A stretch of 50,379 nt of DNA. Source: a virus. Its lineage: Duplodnaviria; Caudoviricetes. Location of the stretch: the IMG/VR virus record IMGVR_UViG_3300030372_002152, positions 1-50,379 of that record; one strand, 5' to 3'. Below are positions 38,148 through 46,351 of this stretch, one piece after another. The notes beneath the pieces are model-generated. The model was not told the DNA's origin and made no database searches. It saw only the letters and a list, made by a program, of their open reading frames with translations. The translations under genes were made by a program, and so were the position numbers. Each line of letters begins with the position of its first letter. Position 1 is the stretch's first letter.

Positions 38148-39657
38148 TCTCTGCCACCTCTACTTGTTCCTCGACACCCTCAAACGCGGGAACCCACCAT
38201 ACCCGTAAGGTTGTTCTGCCCCCGTCGGGTTTACGAAGGTTTTTATGTCCATTGCATTCTTCGTTGTCGTTTAGTTTCTTTAGTCGCTCTTGTATCTGTG
38301 CTCGTGTGAAGGAGACAAAGTTTCTTTGTCGCAAGAACTCCATGAGTCCATTAATCATAAACATTGTCTTTCCGTCCTCTGTCCACGGCTTGCCCATAAA
38401 TAGTTCTTCAGACGATTGAGCACGAATACGGCTCGTGCAAAAAATTTCAAGGAGATCATAGAACTGCCCGTCTACTGTTAGCTCCCTTGGCACCTCTAAT
38501 TGAACTGCGTGTTTTAGCATCTCGTTTACCTTTGTCACCCAATCTGTCTCTTTAATCTTTGAGGGCATCATCATCAACTGCTCCATGCATGCTTTCTGAA
38601 ACAGATGTTGGTTCTGCAAATGATCCATTGTTATCTCTAGTCTGCCACCGTTTACGTCAAGGAAAACAAGCTTGGGATCAGACAACATAATAGTAAGTCC
38701 ACTGAGTTCTGCTGCATGATCTGATTTGTTACCGATTCCAAACTTTCGTGTCTTACATACTTCCTTGTTACAGAAGGACGAGTTCGGCTCGATGTTACAC
38801 TGGTAAAAGTAATCCTTCTTCTGATACTGGTTCTGCAAATTTACCAACTCACTTGCGGGAAGTGGTGGGGCACAATGCCTTTGATTAATCTCTTCAAGAG
38901 AGTTTTTCCAATTATCCGAATACTTTGCCTTACAGTACGGTGCACACTGAGACAGAAAAATGTTTCTATTATTATCTACCTTCCCCACCGACACATAATT
39001 TTGTAAACATGGCGGCCCGTCGGCAAATACCTCACGGCTTTCTCCGTAATTTATGTTTTCAAGGTTAGCGACAAGGGTTCGTTTCTTCTCGACAATGTCC
39101 AAGAACTGCTCAAGGTTCATGGCTTTACCTTTGTCATCGAAAGCATATCGCATTGTTTGTTGTGATTTAAAGTAGGGGAGGTTGATAAAGTTCCCCACAT
39201 CGCCCCTCTCAGAGAGGATGCTATCTTGTTTTGGAAAGATTTCGGCTCGTGCATAACCAAGAGCACCCGCAATCTCTGTTAAATATTCTCTAAATATCTT
39301 TGCTTGTGTCGGTTGTTTAAGAAAGCAAAACAAGTGTGCTCCCCCCGACTTTGATCGGCATACGACCAACGGCAGTTTAAATTTTAATATCTTTGCTATC
39401 AATCCTTTGTGGTCAAGGTCGTACTGATCAATATCAATCGCCCCGAAGTAACACTCGTTCTCCTTGGTAATCGGGATTGCCCCAACTCCGTGCTTTCCTT
39501 CTAGGTGGTTCTTTACAAGTTCCTCGGTCAACGGCTCACGAACCACGCGACTATTGGCTTCGGTCTTTCCATTACGACCAACAGAACCAACTGTCGTTTG
39601 TCCATGTGCCTCTTCCGAGCCACGAAAAGCATTCATAAATTTAATTACTGATGACAT
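38131..39657 (-). CDS. Archaeo-eukaryotic primase-family protein with Cys-containing accessory domain
   Basis: GAIDID (DxD), RSKSGGAH, IFPKQ...GNFINLPY; PPCL followed by C-x6-C-x4-C. Confidence 0.8.
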   Translation of the reverse strand: MSSVIKFMNAFRGSEEAHGQTTVGSVGRNGKTEANSRVVREPLTEELVKNHLEGKHGVGAIPITKENECYFGAIDIDQYDLDHKGLIAKILKFKLPLVVCRSKSGGAHLFCFLKQPTQAKIFREYLTEIAGALGYARAEIFPKQDSILSERGDVGNFINLPYFKSQQTMRYAFDDKGKAMNLEQFLDIVEKKRTLVANLENINYGESREVFADGPPCLQNYVSVGKVDNNRNIFLSQCAPYCKAKYSDNWKNSLEEINQRHCAPPLPASELVNLQNQYQKKDYFYQCNIEPNSSFCNKEVCKTRKFGIGNKSDHAAELSGLTIMLSDPKLVFLDVNGGRLEITMDHLQNQHLFQKACMEQLMMMPSKIKETDWVTKVNEMLKHAVQLEVPRELTVDGQFYDLLEIFCTSRIRAQSSEELFMGKPWTEDGKTMFMINGLMEFLRQRNFVSFTRAQIQERLKKLNDNEECNGHKNLRKPDGGRTTLRVWWVPAFEGVEEQVEVAENDIPF

Positions 39658-39734
39658 GATTCATATAAGGTGGGACACAGAAAAGGAAGACAGTGTATGA
39701 AAACTGTGCCCCACCAAAGGCTGTTAACTAGCAG

Positions 39735-40505
39735 TTAAAAAGGAACTTCGTCTTCTTGAGGTTCCGAATCATCAACAGCCTTAACCGCACCCTTCATGAC
39801 TTGCTCCCTAAAGAGTTTTGCCTCACTAAGAATATCCTTAGTTTGCACCAAGCCATGCTTTGTTACAGACCAATTGTACCATGTGCCTTTGTCATTGCTC
39901 TCTTGAACAGTGGTAAGTTTCCACATGGTCGCATAGACCGCAGGAGTTAAAAGTGCGTTTGTTTTGGGATGCCGAATCTTCTGCATCGCAATCTGAGTCT
40001 TCCAACGTCGGCTGACCTTTAACTGCGTTGCTTTCATATCGACAATGGCGGGTTGTATTAAGCCACCGTCCCCAATTACTAAACAATAGTGCTGATCGGA
40101 CTTTACCAACTCGTTTCCGTTTGGCAATAGTTCTTTAGCACCATCGCGTGTCGCTTTTTGTATGTCGGGGTGACTAGGCTCGATCTCACCTACAAATCCA
40201 CCCCCACTATCTAACGGTACAAATTCCAAGAATTTTGTCTCTTGGTAACATGGCACTACTATTAAACCATCGTCACCGCCCCAAAACTCATTTGTCACGG
40301 TATTAAAAGCATCTCCTTGCCCCGAACCCTCGATGTACGCATCGTCCTTCTTGTTCGCTTGTGGAGACATAGCCTGTATTATTCGTATAAATGGTATCTG
40401 CATCTCGGAACTATCAAAGGCTGTTCCGACACCCGCAGACGCTGTAATCTCATCCAACAAGTCTGTTGGAAGTTGATCTTCTTTTACTACTATCTCTTTA
40501 TTCAT
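39735..40505 (-). CDS. Putative single-stranded DNA-binding protein
   Basis: IPFIRIIQAMSPQ...NDKGTWYNW; acidic C-terminus EDEVPF; lies in the replication module. Confidence 0.7.
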   Translation of the reverse strand: MNKEIVVKEDQLPTDLLDEITASAGVGTAFDSSEMQIPFIRIIQAMSPQANKKDDAYIEGSGQGDAFNTVTNEFWGGDDGLIVVPCYQETKFLEFVPLDSGGGFVGEIEPSHPDIQKATRDGAKELLPNGNELVKSDQHYCLVIGDGGLIQPAIVDMKATQLKVSRRWKTQIAMQKIRHPKTNALLTPAVYATMWKLTTVQESNDKGTWYNWSVTKHGLVQTKDILSEAKLFREQVMKGAVKAVDDSEPQEDEVPF

Positions 40506-41062
40506 TATTTCCTCTTGATTTCTACTGCGTTAGTTAAAAAGGCACCAAATAGATCAAGATCTATATCTTGCCCTTGCTCTACACGATCCTTAACGAAAGC
40601 TTTTAACGTCATGGGATGTATGTGCGTTTTTGTTGATGGCTCTAACCCTTTATCCTTCAACGTCCAAAAAGCGTCTTTGGCTAAGTTGTCTTGACCACGA
40701 CCAAAGGAACAAACCACATCATTCTTAATAATGTCGTCGAGTCCTCTCTCTCGTAACCAATCAAAGGCTAGTTCACGTTTGTCAACGGGTATGGATGCTG
40801 CCACTATCTGTTTTTTCGTAACAGTTAGTCCGTCAACGTCCACACGCTCCACGCCCATTTCATCCATCAAGTCGGGAATCATTTGTGTGGATAGTTTTTG
40901 TCTCTCAGATTTGAGATTCTTGAGAAGGGTTTCTGCCTCCTCGACTTCTTGCTCTACTACTCGTAACTGTCGTACTAAACCACTGAGGTTTTTCGTTGTC
41001 TCAGTGTTGATTGAATCCAGTGCTTCACTTTCATCAAACATATCTTCTAAAATGTCATTCAT
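40505..41062 (-). CDS. Phage replication-module protein (coiled coil)
   Basis: IPDLMDEMG...AFDWLRERGLDDIIKN...IHPMTLKAFVK; GAGGAG RBS. Confidence 0.75.
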   Translation of the reverse strand: MNDILEDMFDESEALDSINTETTKNLSGLVRQLRVVEQEVEEAETLLKNLKSERQKLSTQMIPDLMDEMGVERVDVDGLTVTKKQIVAASIPVDKRELAFDWLRERGLDDIIKNDVVCSFGRGQDNLAKDAFWTLKDKGLEPSTKTHIHPMTLKAFVKDRVEQGQDIDLDLFGAFLTNAVEIKRK

Positions 41063-41086
41063 AAGTATCTCCTCTTCAGGTTTAAA

Positions 41087-41144
41087 TTGACATTGTTGGT
41101 TTCAACACATATAAGTTATACATGGAAAACAAACAGCTTGTCAA
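41087..41144. promoter_or_regulatory. Overlapping divergent sigma70-like promoters
   Basis: Plus: TTGACA 41087-41092, 17 bp, TATAAG 41110-41115. Minus: TTGACA 41144-41139, 18 bp, TATAAC 41120-41115. Confidence 0.7.
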
Positions 41145-42603
41145 CTATAATTTCAAGACAAAGCCATTTAAACATCAGATGGATGCTTTGAATGTCTCCC
41201 ACGACAAAAAATATTTTGCACTATTTATGGAGATGGGTACAGGGAAATCCAAGGTTCTTATAGATAATATTGTGCATCTGCATGGTCAAGGGAAGATTAC
41301 TTTTGCCTTGATTATCGCTCCCAAGGGAGTGTATCGTAATTGGGTGGAGCGAGAGATCCCGCAGCACTTTCCCGATGATGTACCATATCGGGTGATTCGT
41401 TGGGTCAGTAACCCAAACAAAGAACAAGAGCGGGAGATCAAGTCGGTAAAGGATGCTTTTGAAGGGATTACAATCTTTGTTATGAATGTCGAGATCTTTT
41501 CTACAGTTAAAGGACGCAACGTCGGCAATTGGTTAGCCAAGAAGTTCGGGAGTCGGGGCATAGTTGCCGTGGATGAGAGCACTACTATTAAGAATACTAA
41601 GTCCAATCGTACCAAAGCACTTGTGCAGCTCTCTAAAGATTTTGAATATTCACGCATACTTACGGGGTCGCCCGTCACAAATTCACCGATGGATGTCTAC
41701 TCGCAGACAGAATTTTTGAAAAAAGGTGTATTAGGCTACAGTAACTTCTATGCCTTCCAAGCTCGATATGCAAACTTGCAAACTAGAAACATGGGTTCCA
41801 CAAGTTTTAGACAAGTGGTCGGGTTTAAAAACTTAGACGAGCTAAACAAGAAGCTCGACAATTTTAGTTTTCGTGTCTTGAAAAAGGATTGTTTGGATCT
41901 ACCAGATAAAGTATATATGCCCCGTTACGTCAGCCTAACTAAAAGACAACTTGAGTTATACGAGCAGATTCGGAAAGAAGCGTTGGTGTTATTCGAGGAC
42001 GGACGGCTCGTTTCGGCACCACAAATGGTGACGCAGATGCTTCGGCTGCAACAAATACTTTCGGGGTACCTCACCACGGACGATGGCTACCAAGAAAACT
42101 TCGAGACTAGGCGAATAGATGCCCTTCTCGACATTTGTTATGAGACTTCGGGAAAAATAATTATATGGTCACGTTTCAGATATGACATTATGAAGATCGC
42201 TCAAGTTCTGTCCGACAACTTTGGAGAGAGCAAAGTGGCAAAGTATTTCGGAGATACAAAGGACGATGAACGTAGCGAGATTATAGACCGATTTCAAAAC
42301 CCAAACTCGGATCTTCGGTTCTTTATTGGTAATCCGTCCACTGCGGGTCGGGGTCTTACCTTAACGGAAGCACAAACCGTGGTCTATTATGCTAATGACT
42401 TCAACCTCGATACACGAATCCAATCAGAAGATCGGTGCCATCGTATTGGTCAGAATAAATCGGTAACGTATATTGATTTGATTTCGGAAGGCACGATTGA
42501 TGAAAAAATCGTGCACTCCCTAGTTAATAAAATTGACCTTAGTGCAAAGGTCTTGGGTGAAGAAGCAAAAGAATGGCTTCAAATCAAGCCAAAGAAGTCT
42601 TAG
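41122..42603 (+). CDS. SNF2-family (SF2) helicase
   Basis: MEMGTGKS, VDES, LTGSP, GRGLTLTEA and QSEDRCHRIGQ. Confidence 0.93.
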   Translation: MENKQLVNYNFKTKPFKHQMDALNVSHDKKYFALFMEMGTGKSKVLIDNIVHLHGQGKITFALIIAPKGVYRNWVEREIPQHFPDDVPYRVIRWVSNPNKEQEREIKSVKDAFEGITIFVMNVEIFSTVKGRNVGNWLAKKFGSRGIVAVDESTTIKNTKSNRTKALVQLSKDFEYSRILTGSPVTNSPMDVYSQTEFLKKGVLGYSNFYAFQARYANLQTRNMGSTSFRQVVGFKNLDELNKKLDNFSFRVLKKDCLDLPDKVYMPRYVSLTKRQLELYEQIRKEALVLFEDGRLVSAPQMVTQMLRLQQILSGYLTTDDGYQENFETRRIDALLDICYETSGKIIIWSRFRYDIMKIAQVLSDNFGESKVAKYFGDTKDDERSEIIDRFQNPNSDLRFFIGNPSTAGRGLTLTEAQTVVYYANDFNLDTRIQSEDRCHRIGQNKSVTYIDLISEGTIDEKIVHSLVNKIDLSAKVLGEEAKEWLQIKPKKS

Positions 42604-42818
42604 CTGCCCTCCATCTTTCTGATGTTTTCTAAATCTCCTTCTTTCATCCCAAATCGTTTTTCATAATCCTCTCGGATCATTCGGGACACTTGTCGAGCCA
42701 TAGTTCTGCCTTCTTGATGGGCAATGTCCCTTAGTTTTTCACGATCCTCAACGGGAACAGCGATGTTCACAAACGGAACTTCGGCTCTTTCTTTGTTTTT
42801 AATTCCAACATTTGCCAT
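42600..42818 (-). CDS. Ribbon-helix-helix (Arc/CopG-like) transcriptional regulator
   Basis: FVNIAVPVEDREKLRDIAHQEGRTMARQVSRMIRE fits the beta-alpha-alpha pattern; AAGGAG RBS. Confidence 0.75.
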   Translation of the reverse strand: MANVGIKNKERAEVPFVNIAVPVEDREKLRDIAHQEGRTMARQVSRMIREDYEKRFGMKEGDLENIRKMEGS

Positions 42819-42883
42819 GTTGTACTCCTTTCATAAGCTTTCTATGTTTAGTATATAATAGATTTGTGTTAAAAATACAACCC

Positions 42884-43105
42884 TTAATCCATGAAGTCGG
42901 GTTTAGGTAATGGAACAGGGTGGTGGACTATTATTCTTTGGCATTGTTGCTTTCGGGCACTTGGATCTATTTCTTGTCCAAGCGTGTGAGCAAGGTCAAG
43001 ACACGTCTCCTGGTTTTCAAAAGCAAGTCTATGAAATGCCATCTTGTCGAGATCTAAGATATCGGGGACAGTAATCAGATAAAAAACGTAAATAAATGTT
43101 TTCAT
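42884..43105 (-). CDS. Small hypothetical protein (hydrophobic N-terminus, Cys pair)
   Basis: ORF track; ATGA coupling. Confidence 0.6.
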   Translation of the reverse strand: MKTFIYVFYLITVPDILDLDKMAFHRLAFENQETCLDLAHTLGQEIDPSARKQQCQRIIVHHPVPLPKPDFMD

Positions 43106-43320
43106 TCGTTTGCCTCCATATCGTCATGGTACGCATCTCGAACCAAGGACGCTATGACAATACCGATATCGGGTTGCCGTAACTTGATAGTTTCGTCAAG
43201 CAGCCAATCTAATATTTCGGGACTTAAATGCTTCCATACTGTTCCTCTTCTTATTCTTGCTCCCGTGAGCATTGCTTGAAATCTTTTGAACTCCTCTTTA
43301 AATTTTTGATTATCCGTCAT
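43102..43320 (-). CDS. Hypothetical protein
   Basis: ORF track; overlaps neighbours in the operon. Confidence 0.6.
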   Translation of the reverse strand: MTDNQKFKEEFKRFQAMLTGARIRRGTVWKHLSPEILDWLLDETIKLRQPDIGIVIASLVRDAYHDDMEANE

Positions 43321-43582
43321 ACTTTACTTTTCCTTTCTTTTCGTCAAATCGAATCGCTGACTCAATAGCCGTGGATACAAACAAATCAAAATCTCTTGGA
43401 TCAACGTGCTTTTTTGCCAACATACTAAAACGGAACAAACCCATGTATGCGACAAGGGAAGGTTCGATACCCTCCTCTTCCCACATTTCCCAACACGAGG
43501 AGATGGCATCGTTGATGGCATCCCATTGTTCTTTATCTATTTTTGCTAATTTCATCCATCCGTCCTTTTTGTTATGACGCAA
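43310..43582 (-). CDS. Hypothetical protein (start may be 43555 or 43558)
   Basis: ORF track; AAGGA upstream of the internal Met. Confidence 0.55.
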   Translation of the reverse strand: MRHNKKDGWMKLAKIDKEQWDAINDAISSCWEMWEEEGIEPSLVAYMGLFRFSMLAKKHVDPRDFDLFVSTAIESAIRFDEKKGKVKYDG

Positions 43583-43767
43583 TCATCCAAAACAATCTTT
43601 TGGTTATAGGGCATATTATAAAGTCTCTTACGGATTAGCCAAGTATTACACTCCTTGACGGACGAAAATTCTTCCTCAAACACAATCGTAGGACAGCTAT
43701 GCTTTCCAACGGCATGAACGATACAAACTAGGGCAATTGCTTTTACAATCATTGGCTCTCGCTCCAT
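43552..43767 (-). CDS. Small Cys-containing, signal-peptide-like protein
   Basis: IVKAIALVCIV...C...F.SVKEC...C. Confidence 0.55.
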   Translation of the reverse strand: MEREPMIVKAIALVCIVHAVGKHSCPTIVFEEEFSSVKECNTWLIRKRLYNMPYNQKIVLDDCVITKRTDG

Positions 43768-43982
43768 TTTTCATTTAAAGAATTTGACCATTGCTTGAGT
43801 TCTTTATGAGCTTCAAACTCTTTTTCATCATATTCCTCAAAATCAAAGACCCCATCAACTCCGTCATTCATCTCATTAAATAACTCTTGTTGAGCCATTG
43901 CCTCTGCATCATCTAAAGATTTAGCCTTGACCTTGTAGTATCCAACGTAGTCGGCACGAACTCTAATATTATATGTCTTCAT
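43749..43982 (-). CDS. Hypothetical protein
   Basis: MKTYNIRV...VKAKSLDDAEAMA, a pattern common in small phage early proteins. Confidence 0.65.
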   Translation of the reverse strand: MKTYNIRVRADYVGYYKVKAKSLDDAEAMAQQELFNEMNDGVDGVFDFEEYDEKEFEAHKELKQWSNSLNEKWSESQ

Positions 43983-44148
43983 CTTTTCTTTCCTTCAGTT
44001 CTTGTTTCAGTTTCTTTGCCATCCACATATCGTGCAGATGGCGGTTTCTAATTTGCTTTTGTCGATTGTCGGGAATCACGTCGGATCGTTTACGAATGTG
44101 GTACGGATTCCGTGGACGTTCAATCACGGCTTTAGGTTTTTTTGCCAT
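43969..44148 (-). CDS. Small basic hypothetical protein (59 aa, MAKKPKAVIERPRNP...; not in ORF track)
   Basis: Open minus-strand frame overlapping both neighbours and filling the operon gap. Confidence 0.55.
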   Translation of the reverse strand: MAKKPKAVIERPRNPYHIRKRSDVIPDNRQKQIRNRHLHDMWMAKKLKQELKERKDEDI

Positions 44149-44305
44149 AACTTAACTCATAGTTTCCCTCGCTATCTATTTGAAGATGAGTATAACGAGT
44201 AACACAGTTATTGACCTTACAATAAAGGTCATAATAAACGCCCTTTGCATCAGTAACTTTGTATAGTTTCCAACTTTTAGTTTCTGCTAAATATTTTTTA
44301 GTCAT
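44132..44305 (-). CDS. Hypothetical protein (MTKKYLAE...)
   Basis: Internal Met overlapping the methyltransferase stop. Confidence 0.55.
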   Translation of the reverse strand: MTKKYLAETKSWKLYKVTDAKGVYYDLYCKVNNCVTRYTHLQIDSEGNYELSYGKKT

Positions 44306-45512
44306 TCTTCCATTCCTTATATTGATCCAAGGCAACCTTTAGACAAGAGATACCATCAAAAGCCGATACCACATTATCCAAAGGTGTGTCCTTGGGTAGT
44401 TGTTTCAGTAATTCAAAAATCGTGTCCACTTGAAAGCCATTGCCCAACTGCTTGTACCCTTGGCTCTTGCTCACGCTTTTGCAGTAATCGTCTGGTAAAC
44501 CTTGAAGGCGAGAGCACTCAACAACCGACAACCTTCTCCAAGTATGTGGATCGGTAGTACGCACCCCCGTCATACCTTGATTGCCAAACCCCTTATAATC
44601 CCTTGCCAACAGAGTGGCTGCTTTGGCGATATTGGGTTTAAGTAGCTGTTTTCCTTGACCCCCGACTATATCGGCAATCGGGTAGCGTCCTTGCGGTAGG
44701 GTCGTTGCCAAGTTGTCCTTCTGTACAGTTGTCAAAGCATTCGATTTCTTTTCGCCTTTGACCTCTAAACACGGAACAAGAGCCAACTCCATTTGATCGT
44801 CTTTACGGACTCCATTCTCGTCAAGTCTGCGATTCCGTATGGATGCCGAACTCCATTCGGGTTCGGTGATCGCTACCTTCGGGTGGCGATTCCCCCCACC
44901 CATAGTATTCAAAGTCGGTGCTTTGGCATTCGGTGAATAGATCCTTTTTAGAATATCGTGTCCGTTGATATCGTCTGCATGACCCACTTGCCGACAGTTA
45001 TCGGAACTCGAACCTTGATCCCTTGGAGTGTAGGTTCGGATCTCCTCTTCGGAGTCGGGTTGCAGAATATGATGGATATACCGTTCCCGATCCACGAACA
45101 ACAACGGGTTGACCTTCCAACTTAACCAATAGTTTCGGATTCGGTTTTGAGGACAAAAGATCGCTGAGTTGACCCGAATCGGGTTGACCCCAACTGTTTC
45201 GGTAATGATGTGCTCAAACTCTTTCTTCATCATTACGTTTTCCAACATCCAAACCATATCGGGATTTATTTCCCTCAACTCGTTTAGCAATCGGACATAC
45301 TCAAAAAACAATACGGATCTTGGATCGTCAAAGGCTAACTGCTTGCCCGAAAACGAAAAGCCTTGGCATGGCGAACCCCCACAAAAGAAATCCACCTTGC
45401 CTAGCATCTCGCCCCTCACTTCTCGCACGTCATAATATCGGACGATCCCCTCATGGTTATCGTCCGATACTGCAACGGCAAACTTGTCAATTTCAATTGC
45501 CGTATATTTCAC
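44298..45512 (-). CDS. DNA (cytosine-5) methyltransferase, circularly permuted
   Basis: EID (II), DV (III), GGSPCQGFS (IV), LENV (VI), QNRIR (VIII), RRLSVVECSRLQG (IX), QLGNG (X), then VSAFDGIS (motif I) at the C-terminus. Confidence 0.9.
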   Translation of the reverse strand: MKYTAIEIDKFAVAVSDDNHEGIVRYYDVREVRGEMLGKVDFFCGGSPCQGFSFSGKQLAFDDPRSVLFFEYVRLLNELREINPDMVWMLENVMMKKEFEHIITETVGVNPIRVNSAIFCPQNRIRNYWLSWKVNPLLFVDRERYIHHILQPDSEEEIRTYTPRDQGSSSDNCRQVGHADDINGHDILKRIYSPNAKAPTLNTMGGGNRHPKVAITEPEWSSASIRNRRLDENGVRKDDQMELALVPCLEVKGEKKSNALTTVQKDNLATTLPQGRYPIADIVGGQGKQLLKPNIAKAATLLARDYKGFGNQGMTGVRTTDPHTWRRLSVVECSRLQGLPDDYCKSVSKSQGYKQLGNGFQVDTIFELLKQLPKDTPLDNVVSAFDGISCLKVALDQYKEWKND

Positions 45513-45733
45513 GCGTCCACCTTTTCAAAAACCTTTGACATAATCTCCTCAACGTCATCACAGAGTTCGCAAAAGGTATCCTCAGATTCGGGAGTCCTTA
45601 CCGAATGAATGATTCCATCCTCGTCCTCTTGATCTTCCCAAATCGGATCAAGGGCAAATCTTTCTTGCATCACGGATGCAATCTCAGAATAAAGATAGAT
45701 CCAGTCTTCGGATCGTAATAATACTTTTGACAT
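45509..45733 (-). CDS. Acidic hypothetical protein
   Basis: ORF track; coupled to the methyltransferase. Confidence 0.6.
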   Translation of the reverse strand: MSKVLLRSEDWIYLYSEIASVMQERFALDPIWEDQEDEDGIIHSVRTPESEDTFCELCDDVEEIMSKVFEKVDA

Positions 45734-45915
45734 TACGACCCTCCATTAATCATGGCATAGAGGATCGCCCCACCGATGCCACACAACAAAAGCAAAGCAC
45801 AAATGATCAGAAAGTCAGCATAGTAGCGAACCATTCTGCTTTCTAAATCTTCTTTCTCCTTGACCCTAAGATTAAAAAATCTGTCTGATGTTTTCTTATC
45901 CATGACCTCACCCAT
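45733..45915 (-). CDS. Small single-TM protein
   Basis: FLIICALLLLCGIGGAILYAMI. Confidence 0.55.
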   Translation of the reverse strand: MGEVMDKKTSDRFFNLRVKEKEDLESRMVRYYADFLIICALLLLCGIGGAILYAMINGGS

Positions 45916-46351
45916 CTATGTATTGTTGATTATGAACGTACCCACAGAAATTGTCGGACTCGTCACGACAAAACCAATTCACCGAAATACGATCCCCGAA
46001 AATCTCGTCAAGCTTGAAGTATATCGGTTCGGGTGGACTCCATGCCGTTTGGAAGTTGATCTCAATACACTCTTTGTATTTCTCATCCCAATCAATCTCC
46101 ACCTCATAGGCATTCCATTTCGTACCCCAATTCGTACATCTCCAATCGTACCAATCGCCATTCTTACTGGACTCCTTGTTTAGATCGGGATTGATATCGT
46201 TTGGTTGTGGAATAATCCGATCAAAATCAAACTCTTGATCATCTCCACCCTTGACGAGTTCTTTGAACTCGTCGTAGGTTTTCTCGTCATTACAGATAAT
46301 TCTGATTTCATTACTTACATGATTTGGCATATTTTTCTCCTCAAGCCTCAA
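45908..46351 (-). CDS. DUF1281/YubB ferredoxin-like domain protein (likely start at MPNH)
   Basis: MPNHVSN...FDFDRIIP...WYDWRCTNWGTKW...FQTAWSPP. Confidence 0.8.
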   Translation of the reverse strand: MRLEEKNMPNHVSNEIRIICNDEKTYDEFKELVKGGDDQEFDFDRIIPQPNDINPDLNKESSKNGDWYDWRCTNWGTKWNAYEVEIDWDEKYKECIEINFQTAWSPPEPIYFKLDEIFGDRISVNWFCRDESDNFCGYVHNQQYIDG

